Shown here: positions 23,433 to 35,232 of the stretch, piece by piece | How positions within the stretch are numbered: position 1 is the stretch's first letter | Layout: every line of letters starts with the position of its first letter | Source of the DNA: an uncultured Planctomycetaceae bacterium | Lineage (GTDB): Bacteria > Planctomycetota > Planctomycetia > Pirellulales > PALSA-1355 | Reading direction: 5' to 3' | NCBI GenBank assembly: GCA_963785305.1 | Contig: CAWAUV010000005.1 | Location: 733,201 to 797,200 of the forward strand | Length of the DNA stretch: 64,000 bases | Program-made: the position numbers and the translations under genes | Notes under the pieces: generated by a model | The model's database searches: none | Told to the model about the DNA's origin: nothing | What the model saw: the letters and a program-made list of their open reading frames with translations, nothing else

Positions 23433-24650
23433 TCAAGCATGGCGCGGGGCAAGTTCCGCGGCCCAGGCGTCGAGCATGCGAAACTGGTCGGCGAATGCCG
23501 GCCTGTCCACTCCGAGCGGGCTCTTGAAGAAGCTGCCCAAGAAGCGGAGCACCCCGCTCTGCCCGGCCCGATGGGCGCGCTCGGTGAAGCGGACCAAATC
23601 CAGGACCAGCGGCGCCGCGAGCAGGGAATCGCAGCCCTGCCAGATGAACTGAAACGTCATCGGCGTGCCGAGAAAGCCGCGAAAGTGGATGTGGTCCCAG
23701 GCCGTTTTCCAGTCGCCCAGGCTGGCGATGTATTCGATCGACACCAACGTCTGCGGCGAGTAGCCGAAGATTTCGCGGAGCAAGCGATCCTTGCTCGTGA
23801 CTTTGGCTTTCTTGTTTTCCGGGTCTTCGAGCACCTTGCCATCCATGTTGCCGAAGATGTTGTGACCCACCCAGCTCATCACTTCCAAGTTGCGCTGGGC
23901 AAACATGGGCGCGAGCACGCTCTTGAGCAGGGTTTCGCCGGTTTTGCCGTCGTAGCCGGCGTGGCAGGCGGAGCGCAGCGTGGCCAACTCGCCGATCGCT
24001 CGCGGCGTGGCGCCGAGCGACGGGGTGAAATTGATGAATGAATGCCCGGCGTCGAGCGCCGCGATCGCGTAGAGCGAGCTGGCCGGTAGCGGGCATTTGG
24101 CCGGCTTTTCGATCAGCTTATCGAGCGCCGCCCATTCGCTGGGTAACGACTCCGGCGCGGCGATGGCCGGCTCGGTCGAGGCCACATTCACCACCACCAC
24201 ATGCCCGAGCTTATGCCGCGCCGCGAAGCCGGCGATGTCGGCCTGCAAGCGGGCAATCGCCGCCCTGGGCGTCTCGCGGCGCACACACGCCGGATCGTCG
24301 GCCAACTGCTCAATCGTCTTGCCGACGTGAATCAATGTGCCGACGCGCAGCTCCTTTTCGGTTCGCTCGAGGTCGGGCTTCAATCGCTGCAACAGCGAGT
24401 GGTCGATCGCGCGGCTTTCGAGCGACATTTTCGCGGCTTCGTCGAACAGACTTCCAGCGCGAACATCGTGGCCGCCAACGACGAAATCTTTCCAGTAAGC
24501 GAGGTCCGCGCCCGCGAACTGGGGCAGCGCGCTGACGAGCCCCGTCTCCGAGATCCAACCGCGTTTGAGCGCCGCGAGACCGACCATGGTCGTGGTGGCG
24601 ACGCCGCCCTTGGCGCCAATCAACCAAATCCCAACGCGCGAACGAGCCAT
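23433..24650 (-). CDS. ino1: myo-Inositol-1-phosphate synthase
   Basis: IGAKGGVATT, NVASTE, FINFTPS, GYDGKTGETLLK, NIFGNMDG, DWKTAWD, WQGCDSLLAAPLVLDL. Confidence 0.92.
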   Translation of the reverse strand: MARSRVGIWLIGAKGGVATTTMVGLAALKRGWISETGLVSALPQFAGADLAYWKDFVVGGHDVRAGSLFDEAAKMSLESRAIDHSLLQRLKPDLERTEKELRVGTLIHVGKTIEQLADDPACVRRETPRAAIARLQADIAGFAARHKLGHVVVVNVASTEPAIAAPESLPSEWAALDKLIEKPAKCPLPASSLYAIAALDAGHSFINFTPSLGATPRAIGELATLRSACHAGYDGKTGETLLKSVLAPMFAQRNLEVMSWVGHNIFGNMDGKVLEDPENKKAKVTSKDRLLREIFGYSPQTLVSIEYIASLGDWKTAWDHIHFRGFLGTPMTFQFIWQGCDSLLAAPLVLDLVRFTERAHRAGQSGVLRFLGSFFKSPLGVDRPAFADQFRMLDAWAAELAPRHA

Positions 24651-24788
24651 GAGAAACGAAACTCCGAAAAGGGGGAGCGAGGCGGGTAGGAAATATCGGC
24701 GCCCAAGCCACGCGGGGGACAGGTTCTAGCCCCGGCCGGTCGGGCAACGGTCCTGGCGGGAAACGCCCCATTATCCACGTGGCAAACT

Positions 24789-26009
24789 CTAATGATAGTC
24801 GCCCGGGACCAGAAAAAAGCGCGGGTTCCCGCCCGTTTGCCCGCCGCCGGGCCTGGGGGAAACCCACGCTCGGACCGAATGCGCCGGTTCTCCCAATTGC
24901 CCGGGCAGGCGCGCGACCGCCCCACGCGCGACGCTCACTCGCCAGCCGCGCTCTTGATCGGTGATTCGGCGAAGAATTTGGCCGAGCGCGAGGCCCTGCG
25001 TGAGATACCAGGCGGCAGAGATATGTCCGGCCCGCCACCACACGATTTCCGGCTCGCCCAACTCGCGCCACAAGGCTTCGGTGCAGGCGCGGGGAATGAT
25101 CTCGTCGTGATCGGCGTTGAGCATCAGAATGCGTCGGCCGCGCACGCGCGACGCATGCGTCACGGGATCGACCATGCGGAGCGCTTCGAAATACGATTCT
25201 CGCGTGCCGCCCTCGGCGAGCCAGCGATCGCGGACTTTCGATAAATAGGGCGATCTCCAAGCCACTTCCCCCACGCCGCCGCCCGCCAGCACGAGACACA
25301 CATTTTCCAACCGCGGCTCGGCCGAGGCCGCAAGCGCGGCGGTAATGCCGCCCAAACTGATGCCCATGATGCCCAGGCGACGCGCGTCGACCTCGGGCCG
25401 CTCGCCCAGCCAGGCCACGCCCTGCCGCACATCGAGCACCGCCTGAATCATGCCCCGGCGTGTTTCACGCGGATCGGTCGACACCATTCTCGCGCTCGAC
25501 TCCGGCTGCCGTCGCGGGCCGTAGTAAGGCATTTTCACGAACAACGCCGCGACGCCCGCATGCGCCAGCGACCGACAAAACAATCGCGATAGCGGAAAAT
25601 CGCCGCCGAGAATATGAAGCATCACGACACCCGGATGCTTGCCCGGAGCGAGCGGCTCGAAGTATTCGCAGTGTACCGTGTTGTTATTCGGCTCGGGCGT
25701 GGAGACCGGCGAGGGAAAGGTCACATTCCAAACCCGGATCACCTTCGAGGGATCTTCGATCGGCGCCTGGGTGAAATCGAAGTCGTGCTTCTCAAGGCGA
25801 AAGGGTTCCGGCAACGTGGCCTCCTCGGCCGTCGGCTCGAACCTCGCTTTGCCCACGATGGTCTCGGGCGGCTTGCCGGTCTCGGCGGCCAGCGAGCGTC
25901 CGCCAGCGGCGCGGCCCGCGCCGCCAACAGCCACGATAACAATCCACGCGGTCGTGATCGACGCGGTCGAGATCAAAGCGCCGCGGCGCCTTTTCGGGCT
26001 GATGTGCAT
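24789..26009 (-). CDS. Alpha/beta hydrolase family protein (3' end uncertain)
   Basis: GISLGG nucleophile elbow, DEII, AGH catalytic His; signal-like N-terminus. Confidence 0.8.
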   Translation of the reverse strand: MHISPKRRRGALISTASITTAWIVIVAVGGAGRAAGGRSLAAETGKPPETIVGKARFEPTAEEATLPEPFRLEKHDFDFTQAPIEDPSKVIRVWNVTFPSPVSTPEPNNNTVHCEYFEPLAPGKHPGVVMLHILGGDFPLSRLFCRSLAHAGVAALFVKMPYYGPRRQPESSARMVSTDPRETRRGMIQAVLDVRQGVAWLGERPEVDARRLGIMGISLGGITAALAASAEPRLENVCLVLAGGGVGEVAWRSPYLSKVRDRWLAEGGTRESYFEALRMVDPVTHASRVRGRRILMLNADHDEIIPRACTEALWRELGEPEIVWWRAGHISAAWYLTQGLALGQILRRITDQERGWRVSVARGAVARLPGQLGEPAHSVRAWVSPRPGGGQTGGNPRFFLVPGDYH

Positions 26010-26045
26010 GCGAGCCGCCTCCCTTCGGAACTTGCTTGGAAAACG

Positions 26046-26996
26046 CTACGCCGTTTTGGCGTATTCCGTGGCGTCGTCGACCTGTTCGAATCCGAGCTTG
26101 GCGAAGAGCTGCGTGGCCGGCACATTGCTCAAATCGACTTGCGCCTCGACCAACGAGATTCCCTGAGCCAGCAATTGGCGCAGCGCTTCCGACATGAGAA
26201 AGGTCGCCATGCCTTGCCGGCGATCTTGGGCCGCCACTTGAAAGTCGATCAGGCCCGCGGCATGCACGCCCCAACTGGTCGAAAATGGCGTCATCATCCA
26301 AAAGGTCATCGTCGCCGCTTCGCGCGCCACGCCGCGCAGCCGGAGATCGTATCGCAAACGCTCGAAATTTCCGAGCGTGATCGCGTCCCACCAGTTCGCG
26401 GCCGCGGGGTCGGTGATCGTCTCCACGCACATTCGCCGGCGGAGTTGCATCTGCGCCCGATCCACCGGCGGGCGGAAACGCGTGAGATCGCGATGCAACA
26501 CGGCGCAGCGAGTGCCTGGCTGATAACCGGCGGCGGAAAACATCGCGAGTCGCGCCGTGTCGGAGGCCAGCAAGCCCCGGCTTTCGCTGCCGCCCGCCAA
26601 ACCCGAGTAAAACGGATCGCGGCCAGCGACGCCGCCGGCGATGAAGGTTCGCGATCCTCGTCGGCGAAGGAAATCTTCGGCCCGCATGAGTAGTTCAGCG
26701 GCCAAGCTTTCCGGCTGGCCCGGGCGCACCAGCACCTGACTCACGACACCGATCGCGGCGTTAAAGCCAGCCAGTTCGCTCGTCGGGCCGAAGCCGGCAT
26801 GCGCGAGCCCGACCGCGGATTCATCTTCCAAGGCCAGGAGCAAGCCCTCGCGGTCGAAGAACGCCTTGGCGAGCACGATTTCGTCGAACATCGCCGCGCT
26901 CATCGGCTGCGCCAGACCACGCCGCTGGGGCTGACTGCGCCACAGATCGGCAACAAGCGGCGCGTCTTGATTGCGAAATGGGCGGAACTGAATCAA
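26046..26996 (-). CDS. Tandem-domain GNAT N-acetyltransferase
   Basis: Two GNAT folds; C-terminal V....RRQGMATFL...N.PA.QLFAKLGF. Confidence 0.82.
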   Translation of the reverse strand: MIQFRPFRNQDAPLVADLWRSQPQRRGLAQPMSAAMFDEIVLAKAFFDREGLLLALEDESAVGLAHAGFGPTSELAGFNAAIGVVSQVLVRPGQPESLAAELLMRAEDFLRRRGSRTFIAGGVAGRDPFYSGLAGGSESRGLLASDTARLAMFSAAGYQPGTRCAVLHRDLTRFRPPVDRAQMQLRRRMCVETITDPAAANWWDAITLGNFERLRYDLRLRGVAREAATMTFWMMTPFSTSWGVHAAGLIDFQVAAQDRRQGMATFLMSEALRQLLAQGISLVEAQVDLSNVPATQLFAKLGFEQVDDATEYAKTA

Positions 26997-27337
26997 AACC
27001 CAACCTGCATTCCAAGAAAAACAACTCACCGCGACCCGCCATTGCGCCGCCGCGCCGGAATTTCCAAGCGAGGCGCCAAAGCCGCTCGGAGCCGAATGTT
27101 GTGCGGCCCTTTGTTTCCTCAGGGCCTTGGTCCACGGGCCTACTAAGTTCGACTTTCGCGGTTTTCAAAAGTTCCGATAGCCCGATTCGTCGTGGTTTCT
27201 CCGATTTCGGCGCGTTTCCGGCAACCTTCGGCCTCTCGGTAACATGCAAAAATTGGCAGTTCGGCCGTCAAACTGTGCAAAACCCACGAGAAATCGGCGA
27301 TTCGAGTGCTAGCAAAAAACGCGAAACTTGAACTAAG

Positions 27338-27646
27338 CTATGGCAATTCTATCAAGATTTGATCGCCCTCGACACGCGTGGCATAGCGACACTGCGCGAT
27401 TCGTGGGTTTAATTGGCTGCGACCATCGCGGACATCGAATTGCCAACCATGCCAAGGGCAGGTAACGACCGTGCCTGAAAGATCGCCCTTTCCGAGCGGC
27501 CCCCCCTGGTGAGGACAAACGCCATCCAGGGCGTAATAACTCCCGTCGACGTTGAACAGCGCGAGCAAGTGATCGCCGGCCACTACTTCCAGACTCGCGC
27601 CCGGCGGACATTCGCTTACCTTGGCCACGGGCGCCCAATGCGACAT
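27338..27646 (-). CDS. Rieske [2Fe-2S] ferredoxin
   Basis: CPHQG...CPWHGW. Confidence 0.92.
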   Translation of the reverse strand: MSHWAPVAKVSECPPGASLEVVAGDHLLALFNVDGSYYALDGVCPHQGGPLGKGDLSGTVVTCPWHGWQFDVRDGRSQLNPRIAQCRYATRVEGDQILIELP

Positions 27647-27667
27647 AGCTCGAATCTCTCTCGCGGG

Positions 27668-28626
27668 TCAGGCGGCCTTTTTTGCCACCGACGGCTTTTT
27701 CTCACGCGTGTCTTTCCAGCGACGATGCAGCCACCAATACTGCGTGGGATCTTCGCGCACAATGGCTTCCAGCTCCGCGGTGAACCATTGGGTCAGCGCC
27801 GGCGCGGTCGCCGCGCGACTTTCGAGTTCGCGCGGATCGAGCGCCGAATAGCGCCGAGCCGATGGTGCAGCAATCGCCCTTGGCGACGGCCGAAGCACAT
27901 GACCATCGGCGCCTGGTAGGCGATGGCAAACACCGCGATTGCCTTGTGGGTCGACACCGGACGGCCGAAGAACTCGACATGGCAGCCCTTCGGCCCGGCA
28001 TGCGTATCGACCAAGAAGCCCATCGCCCCGTGTTGGGCCATGAGGACATCGACCAGCGGAGCGCAGCCGTCTTTCGGAATAATCCGCTGGCCGCTCGCGC
28101 CGCGAAAACGATTGATGAAGGCATTGAGGAACCCATTGTCGAGCGGCCTCGCGATCGCGTAGGTCCGAAACCCGAGCACGCCCAATATATAATTGCAGAG
28201 TTCGAAGTTTCCGTAGTGGCCGGAAAGCAGCACCAGCGGCCGGTCTTCGAACAGGGCCCGCACGATCAATTCGGGATTGGCCAGTTGCAGATAGTCGCGC
28301 CAGTTGGTTTGGTGAATCTTACGAGGCGCTTGCGTGACCTCAACGACGAGCAAAAACAGGTGCTCCCACATGCCGCGCCGCAGCGTGAGCCGCTCGCGGG
28401 GCGCCATTTCGGGAAAAGCGTGCTGGAGATTGTCGTCGACCACCACGGCGCGCACTCGCAGCAGGTCGGAAAAGACCCAGGCGAGCAGAGTCGCGCCTCG
28501 CTCGCACATTTCACGGGGTGCGGTTTGAACCACGCAGATCGTGACGCGAACGATCAAATACACCACATAGTCCAGAAACAATGTGGCCAATCGACGGATG
28601 CGGCTGCGTTGTTTGTGATGCGACAT
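27668..28626 (-). CDS. lpxL: Lipid A late acyltransferase (LpxL/HtrB family); indel near 27860
   Basis: DNLQHAFPE, GHYGNFE, RPLDN, VEFFGRP, PTQYWWLHRRWK. Confidence 0.85.
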
Positions 28627-28883
28627 AGTGCCGCATTGTTGCTTGACTGGCGGATCGAGGAAAGACCGGTTCTTCCCAGCCATCGGGTCGATGCATGGGG
28701 CAACGGGTGGACCGGAGAATGTTCGTGGCCCTTGACGCCTGTTGTTTGCAAAACCTTCGGCCACCGAAGAATTTCAAGGACATTTCAGCTTCCTTCGCTT
28801 TTTCAAACCTTGAGTTGCTAAAAATGCCCGAATGGTTAGAATCCTGGTAGTGGCAGAACGACTGCTAACGAGAGACTCGGCAA

Positions 28884-29513
28884 ATGGTCCATGTCGCGAA
28901 TACATCCGACGAACGCTTGCTGGACTTGTTCCGACAGCGGGGCTCGCTGGGAATCATCGACTTGGTGGCCGCCACGCATGTCACGGCCACGGCCGTGCGA
29001 CAGCGGTTAAGTCGTTTGACTGCAAGTGGTTTTGTTGAGCGGGTGGCGATTCACTCGCGCCGCGGCCGGCCAAGCCACCGATATCGGTTGACCGCCAAGG
29101 GGCGGCGCGTCGGCGGAACCAACTTCGCCGATCTGGCATTGGTCCTGTGGCGAGAATTGCGGCGAGTTAGTGACGAAGCCACGCGCCGCGAACTGGGCGA
29201 GCGGCTGGCCAAAGCGCTGGCCGAATGTATCGAAGAAAAAATAACCGGCGCGGCGCCCGACGAGCGGATGCGAGAAATCGTCGCCGCGCTTGCCGCCCGG
29301 AATGTGCCATTTTCCGTGGAGACGAGCGACAGCCGACCCGACAGTCTGCCGGTGCTCACGGCCCGCGCGTGCCCGTTTCCGGAACTGGCGGAGGAAGATC
29401 GGGAGATTTGCGATGTCGAGCGGCAGATGTTCCAGCAACTGATCGGCTCCGATGTGCGGTTGGCAAATTGCCGGCTCGATGGGGCCCCCTGTTGCACGTT
29501 TGTATTGAACTAG
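28884..29513 (+). CDS. sufR: SufR-like HTH Fe-S regulator
   Basis: [22 protein letters not shown]-terminal CPF..IC..E..C.LDG..CC; heads the suf cluster. Confidence 0.75.
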   Translation: MVHVANTSDERLLDLFRQRGSLGIIDLVAATHVTATAVRQRLSRLTASGFVERVAIHSRRGRPSHRYRLTAKGRRVGGTNFADLALVLWRELRRVSDEATRRELGERLAKALAECIEEKITGAAPDERMREIVAALAARNVPFSVETSDSRPDSLPVLTARACPFPELAEEDREICDVERQMFQQLIGSDVRLANCRLDGAPCCTFVLN

Positions 29514-29574
29514 CTTTTGTTCCCGCGCTGAGTTTGATTTCGCCCGCGGGGCGGTTCGGAAGACGAAAGATCGC

Positions 29575-30219
29575 ATGACGCAGCCGTGGATTCAGGGTCG
29601 ATTCGAAGAAAATGTGGTGACTACCACCGTCGAGCAGGCCATCAATTGGGCCCGCGAATCGAGCATTTGGCCGATGACGTTTGGCATTGCCTGCTGCGCG
29701 ATCGAAATGATGGCCGCCGGCGCGAGCCGCTTCGACCTGGAGCGGTTTGGGGCGGGGGCGTTTCGCGCGAGCCCGCGGCAAGCCGACCTGATGATCGTCG
29801 CCGGCACGGTGACTTATAAGATGGCGAGCCGGGTGCGGCGACTTTACAACATGATGCCCGAGCCCAAGTTCGTGATGGCGATGGGCGCTTGCACGACCGG
29901 CGGCGGCCCCTATTTCAAATGGGGTTATCACGTCGTCAAGGGCGTGGACCTCGTGGTGCCGGTCGATGTTTATGTTCCGGGCTGCCCGCCGCGGCCCGAA
30001 GCGCTGCTCGAAGGCTTGATGCGCATCCAAGACAAGATTCGCGGCCAGCGACTGGTTCGCGCCGCCGGCCAGCCAGTGGGCACGGCCGCGGCCGACGAGC
30101 TCCCGGTGCCGCACACCAGCGGTTATGTGTCGGCGCCGGCCGACGGTGAGCCGCTCTATCATCATCAAAAGTGGACCGAGGCTGAAAAAAGCAAAAAGGC
30201 CGCGTCGAAAACAGCATGA
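29575..30219 (+). CDS. nuoB: NADH-quinone oxidoreductase subunit B
   Basis: [54 protein letters not shown]. Confidence 0.93.
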   Translation: MTQPWIQGRFEENVVTTTVEQAINWARESSIWPMTFGIACCAIEMMAAGASRFDLERFGAGAFRASPRQADLMIVAGTVTYKMASRVRRLYNMMPEPKFVMAMGACTTGGGPYFKWGYHVVKGVDLVVPVDVYVPGCPPRPEALLEGLMRIQDKIRGQRLVRAAGQPVGTAAADELPVPHTSGYVSAPADGEPLYHHQKWTEAEKSKKAASKTA

Positions 30220-30334
30220 AACCGGCGAGTTGTCCCCCCCATGGAACGCGTCGCGAGACTTGTAATTCAGATTCCGAGAATTCGATTGAGAAGGAGTGTG
30301 GATGATCAGCGCCCAAAACCGATCGGAGTCGGCC

Positions 30335-31194
30335 ATGACCGAGCCCGTTGAGAACGTGTCCGAGTCCGACCTGAGCGAAACGCTCGCGATTGCCGATCTG
30401 TGCGTTTCGGTCGAGGGGAAGCCGATCTTGCGCGGGGTGAACCTTGTAGTGCGGCGCGGCGAAGTGCATGCCATGATGGGCCCCAACGGCTCCGGCAAAA
30501 GCACGCTTGGCTACGCCATCATGGGCCATCCGTCGTACGAAGTCACGAGCGGATCGATCATGCTCGGCGATCGCGATGTGCTGGCGATGGACGCCACCCA
30601 GCGCGCCGCGCCGGCCTGTTTCTCGCCTTTCAGCGGCCGATGGCGATTCCGGGCGTGAAGATGGCCGACTTCCTCCGCCACGCCACGACGAATGTCCGGC
30701 GGCCCGATCGCAAGGAAGGCGAAGAGCTGATTCCAATGCGCGAGTTTCGCAAGGAGCTCACCGACAAGATGAGCCAACTGCGGATGGACAAGGAATTTGC
30801 CCGCCGCTATGTGAACGAAGGCTTTTCGGGCGGCGAAATGAAACGCGCCGAAATCTTGCAACTGGCCATGTTGCGACCGAAATTCGCGATTCTCGATGAA
30901 ACCGATTCCGGGCTCGATGTCGACGCCGTGCGACTGGCCAGCGAGAGCATTGCCCAGATCGGCGGACATGACATGGGAATCTTGATCATTACGCATCACG
31001 AACAACTGCTCGAACACAACCGGCCGGACTACACGCATGTCATGCTCGGCGGCCGCATCGTGGAGACGGGCGGTCCGGAGCTTGCCGCGGAGTTGCACAA
31101 GCGTGGCTACGACCGGATTCGCGCCGCCTATCCCGCGGCGGCGGCCGACGAAGTCAACCTGCTGGCCGCTGGCAAGGCCGACGAAGCAAGCTGA
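30335..31194 (+). CDS. sufC: Fe-S assembly ATPase SufC (indel near 30606)
   Basis: GPNGSGKST, YVNEGFSGGEMKRAEILQ, LDETDSGLD. Confidence 0.95.
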
Positions 31195-31315
31195 GTCGAC
31201 ATGCATTGATTATTGAATTGCGCTCCACGGATATCCGTCCAGCGAATCGCCCCGCGAAACAATCGACAACCCGTTTCTAATAAGGCGCGGCCGCCGCGCG
31301 ACAAAAGGGAAACTC

Positions 31316-32728
31316 ATGGCTACCGAAATCATCACGCCTCCGGATTCGGGCATCGGCGAAATCAACAAATATGATTTTCGCACCAAGACCCAACATGTCT
31401 TCAAGGCTCGACGCGGGCTCGACGCCACGATCGTCGCCCAGATATCGGAAATGAAAGGCGAGCCGGCTTGGATGCGCGATTTCCGGCTTAAGAGCCTCGA
31501 AATCTTCCACTCGAAGCCGATGCCTCGCTGGGGCGGCAATATCGGCATCGATTTCCAAGATATCTTCTACTATCTCAAGCCGGCCGACCATCAGGGCAAA
31601 ACCTGGGACGATGTGCCCGAGGAAATCAAGAAGACCTTCGACCGACTGGGCATTCCCGAGGCCGAGAAGAAGTTTCTCGCCGGCGTGAAAGCTCAATTCG
31701 AGAGCGAAGTGGTCTATGGCTCGCTGCAAGAGGACCTCGGCCGACAAGGAGTGATCTTTACCGACACCGATACCGCGGTTCGCGAGCATCCTGACTTGGT
31801 GCGCGAGTACTTCTCGACGATCATTCCGCCGACGGACAATAAATTCGCGGCGCTGAATTCGGCCGTGTGGTCGGGCGGGTCGTTCATCTATGTGCCCAAG
31901 GGCGTCAAGATCGAGTTTCCGCTCCAGGCTTATTTCCGGATCAACGCCGAGAACATGGGCCAGTTCGAGCGCACTCTGATCATCGTCGACGAAGGGGCCG
32001 AAGTGCATTATGTCGAAGGCTGCACGGCGCCGATGTATAGCACCGAGAGTCTGCATTCGGCCGTGGTCGAGATCGTGGTCAAGAAGCATGCCCGCTGCCG
32101 CTACACCACGATTCAAAACTGGGCCAACAACATCTACAATCTCGTGACCAAGCGCGCCATGGCCTACGAAGGCGCGCTCATGGAATGGATCGACGGCAAT
32201 CTCGGCAGTCGGCTCACGATGAAGTACCCGGCCGTGTACATGCTCGAGCCGGGCGCCCGCGGCGAGATTCTCTCGATCGCCTTCGCCTCGCATGGCCAGC
32301 ATCAAGACGCCGGGGCCAAGGTCGTGCATTGCGCTCCGAACACCTCGAGCCGCATCATCTCGAAGTCGATCTCGAAAAACGGCGGCCGGGCCAGTTATCG
32401 CGGCTTGGTCAAGGTCGAGCCGGGCGCCCACAATTCCAAGAGCAGCGTGGTGTGCGATGCCCTGATTCTCGACGCTCAAAGCCGCAGCGACACCTATCCG
32501 TATATCGAGATCGAGGAGCAGAACGTGACGATCGGCCACGAGGCGAGCGTTTCTCGCATCGGCGAGGAGCAGCTCTTTTATCTCACCAGCCGCGGCCTCT
32601 CGGAAGCCGAGGCCAGCACGATGATCGTGAGCGGCTTCATCGAGCCGCTGATTCGCGAGCTGCCGATGGAATACGCGGTGGAAATGAACCGCCTCATCGA
32701 ATTGCAAATGGAGGGCTCGGTCGGGTAA
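31316..32728 (+). CDS. sufB: Fe-S assembly protein SufB
   Basis: [52 protein letters not shown]. Confidence 0.97.
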   Translation: MATEIITPPDSGIGEINKYDFRTKTQHVFKARRGLDATIVAQISEMKGEPAWMRDFRLKSLEIFHSKPMPRWGGNIGIDFQDIFYYLKPADHQGKTWDDVPEEIKKTFDRLGIPEAEKKFLAGVKAQFESEVVYGSLQEDLGRQGVIFTDTDTAVREHPDLVREYFSTIIPPTDNKFAALNSAVWSGGSFIYVPKGVKIEFPLQAYFRINAENMGQFERTLIIVDEGAEVHYVEGCTAPMYSTESLHSAVVEIVVKKHARCRYTTIQNWANNIYNLVTKRAMAYEGALMEWIDGNLGSRLTMKYPAVYMLEPGARGEILSIAFASHGQHQDAGAKVVHCAPNTSSRIISKSISKNGGRASYRGLVKVEPGAHNSKSSVVCDALILDAQSRSDTYPYIEIEEQNVTIGHEASVSRIGEEQLFYLTSRGLSEAEASTMIVSGFIEPLIRELPMEYAVEMNRLIELQMEGSVG

Positions 32729-32844
32729 TGTTGCCGCCTGCCGATTCGCTGGCGAGTTTCCGCCAGGAGTTGCCAGCGGACACCCATCGACGGCGACGAA
32801 ATCGATTTGATAACCTTGAATTTACTGGGCCCCTCGTTGTGCAA

Positions 32845-34156
32845 ATGACCGCGATCACCGAATCCCACGCGTTTACCACGGAAGCCTTCGAAACATTTCT
32901 CGACTCGCGCGATGAGCCGGCATGGCTCCGTGACGCGCGTCGCGAAGCTTGGCGCCGCTTTCAAGAAATGCCGCTGCCCGGCCGGGGCGACGAGGAATGG
33001 AGCCGCACCGATATTCGGCTGTTTCGGCTCGAAAAATTCGGCCGCTCGCCCGAGCCGCCGCGAGGAGCAACGCCACCGGCCGGTCTGTTGACCGAAAATC
33101 TCGCGCTCGCCGGCCAAACCACGGCGATGGATAGCCATCCGCGCTCGGCGCGGCTCGATGCCCAGTGGACCAACAAGGGTGTGCTCTTCGGCAGTTTGGA
33201 TCAGCTAGTGCGGGAACATGGCGATCGGCTCCGCCAGCATTTGTTTCATGTCGTGCGGCCCGATATCGACAAGTTCGCCGCGCTCCATGCCGCGTGGTGG
33301 TCGGGCGGCACGCTGCTCTATGTGCCGCGCGGCGTGGTGATCGATCAGCCGCTGCACATGCTCTCGTCGATGTCGCCGGGCGGCGTCGACCTTGGCCACA
33401 CGCTGGTCGTGCTCGAAGCCGGCGCCGAAGCCACGCTCTTGGCCGAAACCGCGAGTGTCGACGCCACCTCGCCCGGCCTGCACTGCGGCGCCATCGAGCT
33501 CGTGGTGGGCGAGGGCGCGCGGCTGCGCTATGTGAATCTGCAAAATTGGTCGACCGCCGTCTGGCACTTCGCGCATCAACATGGCCATGTCGGCCGCGAC
33601 GCCCGCTTGCAATGGACTATCGCCGCCCTGGGAAGCCGACTCGCCAAGGTGAATCAGCATGTGGCCCTCGTCGGCGCGGGCGCCGAGGCCCAGGTCAACG
33701 GAGTGATGTTCACCGAGGGCAAGCAGCATCTCTCCTATCACACCTTGCAGCATCATCGCGCCCCGCACACGCGAAGCGACCTGCTCTATAAAAACGCGCT
33801 TCAAGACGCGGCCCGGAGCGTGTGGCGAGGCATGATCAAGGTCGATCCCATCGCCCAGCGCACCGATGGCTACCAGCGCAATGATAATCTAATGCTCAGC
33901 GATCACGCGCGGGCCGATTCGATTCCGGGCCTCGAGATCGAAGCCCACGATGTGCGCTGCACCCACGGCTCGACGACCGGCCGGGTCGACGACGAGCAAG
34001 TGTTTTATGCGCGCAGCGCGCGGATTGACGCGCAAAGAGGCGATTCGCGTGATCGTGGCCGGCTTCTTTCAACAGGTATTCGATCGCATTACGATCGACA
34101 GTGTGCGCGAAGCCCTGGGCCACGCGATTGGCCGCCGGATTCGCGAATACGATTGA
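32845..34156 (+). CDS. sufD: Fe-S assembly protein SufD (indel near 34015)
   Basis: EEWSRTD, SDLLYK, AQRTDGYQ.N.NLMLS..A.ADSIPGLEI.A.DVRCTHG. Confidence 0.93.
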
Positions 34157-34291
34157 CGGGGCGCCGGGGGGGCCGCGAACCGCTTGTCGTATCACTTCGG
34201 CGCCGCCTGCCTTGGGGTCCGCCACCGCCGCCAGAGCGCGAATGGCTCGCAAGTGTCTTGAGTTTCCAATCCCGAGCGATTTGATTTCATC

Positions 34292-34609
34292 ATGGCTGAT
34301 TTCGTGCGCGTGGCCGCCGTGGCCGACATTCCCGAGGGAGCTCACAAGCTGATCGAGCTCGACGAGCGGCTGATCGTGGTGTTTCACGCCGCGGGCCACT
34401 ATTACGCCATCGACGATGTGTGTACCCACGATGGCGGCCCCTTGGGCGATGGCGAGCTCGATGGATTCGCCGTGGCATGTCCGAGACATGGCGCCAAGTT
34501 CGATATTCGCTCGGGTCGAGCGCTCACGATGCCAGCCACCCGGCCGACGGTCGCCCATGAAGTGCGGCTTGAAGGCGACGCGATTTTGGTAAAATTGAAT
34601 CAGGACTAA
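34292..34609 (+). CDS. Rieske ferredoxin of the suf operon
   Basis: CTHDG...CPRHGAKF. Confidence 0.92.
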   Translation: MADFVRVAAVADIPEGAHKLIELDERLIVVFHAAGHYYAIDDVCTHDGGPLGDGELDGFAVACPRHGAKFDIRSGRALTMPATRPTVAHEVRLEGDAILVKLNQD

Positions 34610-34665
34610 CGCGGCCGCTTGGCGTTTGCCGCCGCTCGTTCCCCCGCGATCTCGGAGTATCGATC

Positions 34666-35163
34666 ATGACCGTGACCGAAGAACAGGTTCGCTTGGCGCT
34701 CGAGCAGGTGATCGATCCCGAGTTGTTCGTCAACATCGTTGATCTGGGATTGATCTACAAAGTCGAGATCACCGACGCCGCCGCCGCGCCGACCAGCGAA
34801 ATCAATGCGCCGACGGGCGAAGCTCCGGCGTCACCCACCGAAGCCACCGCGCCAGTCGCCGAACCCGGCTCTCCGAGCGCCGGCGCAACGAGTCCCAGCG
34901 CGGTCGAAACCACGGTTCCGTCAAGCGCGCCCGGCGACGATTCAACGCCGCGTTTCGAAGAGCCCGCCGGAGTCGATGTGCTGATCGAGATGACGATGAC
35001 CAGCCCGGCGTGTCCGGCCGGACCGGAGCTTTTGGGCCGGTCGAAGATCGTGACCAGTGCGTTGCCGGGCGTGCGCAATGTGGATGTCAAACTTGTGATG
35101 ACGCCGCCCTGGTCGCCCGATCGCATGACCGAAGCCGCGCGAGATCAACTCGGCATTTTCTAG
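34666..35163 (+). CDS. sufT: DUF59/SufT-type Fe-S assembly factor with an internal Pro/Ala/Thr-rich insert
   Basis: VIDPELFVNIVDLGLIY, MTMTSPACP, PPWSPDRM. Confidence 0.85.
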   Translation: MTVTEEQVRLALEQVIDPELFVNIVDLGLIYKVEITDAAAAPTSEINAPTGEAPASPTEATAPVAEPGSPSAGATSPSAVETTVPSSAPGDDSTPRFEEPAGVDVLIEMTMTSPACPAGPELLGRSKIVTSALPGVRNVDVKLVMTPPWSPDRMTEAARDQLGIF

Positions 35164-35232
35164 CCGCTCCCGCGCCGCTCGGGCGTAACAATCTCCTCGC
35201 GTTTTTCACTGGCCGGCGCATTCGTTCGCCCG

